A DNA stretch of 64,000 nucleotides, from positions 29,219 through 93,218 of the forward strand of contig CAXHJY010000918.1 of the NCBI GenBank assembly GCA_964016885.1, given 5' to 3'. Both the position numbers and the translations under genes were made by a program. The notes under the pieces were generated by a model. That model was not told the DNA's origin. It ran no database searches and worked only from the letters and a program-made list of their open reading frames with translations. This DNA comes from Eledone cirrhosa (taxonomy: Eukaryota). This document shows, in pieces, positions 62,486 to 64,000 of the stretch; position 1 is the first letter of the stretch; the number at the start of each line of letters is the position of its first letter.

Positions 62486-63135
62486 ATAGTTTTGCTAAAA
62501 TTCGGTAAAGAACTTATTTATTCCATTCATAAATCAGCAGTTATGTACTATTCTTTTATGATGCTATCTGTTTCCTTTTGTCCTATGAAAGTTGGTGACA
62601 AGTCAACATATATTATTAGTAAGTTCTTATTGTGATTTTACAGTGCATTTTAATTAGTTAACTTCAAATTAATTTAATTGGCTAAAAATAGTTTTGAAGA
62701 CTGCAGTGACAAATTAACTTGATGGCATTTATCAACCTAAATGTCATTTAGAACAGTGTTCCCAAACCATTTTTGCTGACACCCCACACAAAAAACACTT
62801 TGGTATTTGCTACTGCTTCCCAGAAAAGTTTACCTCTATGAATAAAGATACTAGCTCTAATTAATTTTGAAATATATGTAAACATTTAGAAAGATATTAA
62901 GGTCAGTGCTGAAGATCTTTAGGTCTTAATGCATAGGATGTACATTGATATGACTAATAAGGCATTTTGGAACCAAACCCTTTTAAAATGAAAAAATATA
63001 AAGAAAGAAAATTAAAAAATCTATTAAAATATAATCAAATTTAGCAGCAGTCTCTTATTTTTCTCTTTCTTCACTGATAATGACATACAAATTTTCTCAC
63101 TGTGCTCCCTCTTCCCTTAAAATTTTAAATGCATT

Positions 63136-63227
63136 CCATCATAATTCCATGTTCACTACCCCCATCGTAACTCCATACCCACTACCCCCATCATAACTCC
63201 ATATCCACTACCCCCACCATAACTCCA
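63136..63227. repeat. 26-bp minisatellite, ~3.5 copies
   Basis: CACTACCCCCATC(G/A)TAACTCCATA(C/T)C units. Confidence 0.85.
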
Positions 63228-63544
63228 AACAGATTCTAGTAGTAAATACTGATCTAGAATATTAAAGAATAGTTTTTGTTTTTTCTTTTAATTTGAAAGT
63301 TTTTATATATTATTTCTGTTACTTATATCATATTTTTTAGATGTAGTTTTATTTTTTATATACTGTTGATGGGATATATTTTGAGAAGTGTTCTAAAATT
63401 TGTAATTATAATGATGTTGATGGATCGATTGCAAAGATCCCAGACCTCGTTCGCTTACCGAGTGCAGTGGAGCTTGTCAAATCAGACCAAGGAAACAAAT
63501 GTTTCCATTAGTCTTTCCATTGCTGACACTACTTACCAATCACA

Positions 63545-63664
63545 ACGCAACATGAAATAAAGTATCTTGAGCAAGGACATAAAACATCACCCGGTCCAGG
63601 AATCGAACTCACAATTTCACAATTGTGTATACAATTCTCTAACCACTAAGCCATGTATCTTCAC
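63545..63664 (-). mobile_element. tRNA-derived SINE head, diverged
   Basis: GAAATAAAGTATCTTGAGCAAGG..GAATCGAACTC..CTCTAACCACTAAGCCATG. Confidence 0.75.
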
Positions 63665-64000
63665 AAAGGTGCGTAATTATACAGTAAAGGTTAATTAATT
63701 TTATTAAAGTCTTCGCAGCAGAATTTTTTTTTCTGGATTTGTTCAGCTATGATTTTCTTTGATGCACTCCTTAGGGTATGCTTGGGTGGATGCATTTCCT
63801 TGGCACATTGTGAATTGAGATAGCCATTCAGTTATCCAACATGAATGAAATTCAAATAGGTCAATAGTCAACACAGCAAAAATAAAGGGTTTTGGTTGGT
63901 TGATTGATCTGTGAACATACTCAAAGATGGGGGAAAATAGAAAGATTGAGAGAGAGAGAGATGTCTGTATGAAAAGACTTCAATTATTTGTTGTTGTTTC

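Noticed and set aside
62754-62830. hAT-like terminus CAGTGTTCCCAAACC
   Set aside because: No convincing partner TIR or 8-bp TSD found.
63340-63560. Short ORFs after an AG as a candidate exon 2 of the plus-strand gene
   Set aside because: No TM9SF-like motif, no good donor, and it runs into a SINE.

Overview
This is repeat-dominated eukaryotic DNA. The SINE/LINE families and huge (TA)n-type microsatellite fields suggest a cephalopod, probably Octopus (inference). About a third of the window is TA/TG/CA microsatellite, so the YI/IY-repeat ORFs in the track are artefacts. Most of the rest is young and old RTE-clade LINE copies, one CR1-group LINE, tRNA-derived SINEs, piggyBac-like and mariner-like MITEs and a non-autonomous Helitron. 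A nearly TE-free island (~24.8-29.1 kb) holds two divergent first coding exons: an unidentified minus-strand gene, and a plus-strand signal-peptide gene that may be TM9SF-like. No further exons of either were recognised. The most striking unannotated feature is a perfect, spacer-less 340-bp palindrome (18904-19243). Each arm carries a type I hammerhead ribozyme fold with a long stem II and a palindromic stem III. A second, core-mutated hammerhead of the same design lies at 18173-18238 and a truncated minimal one near 57040, pointing to a Penelope-like/retrozyme family. Other notable items: a PHD finger inside the RTE reverse transcriptase, a CR1-body/RTE-tail chimera, and an RTE copy apparently split by a local inversion.
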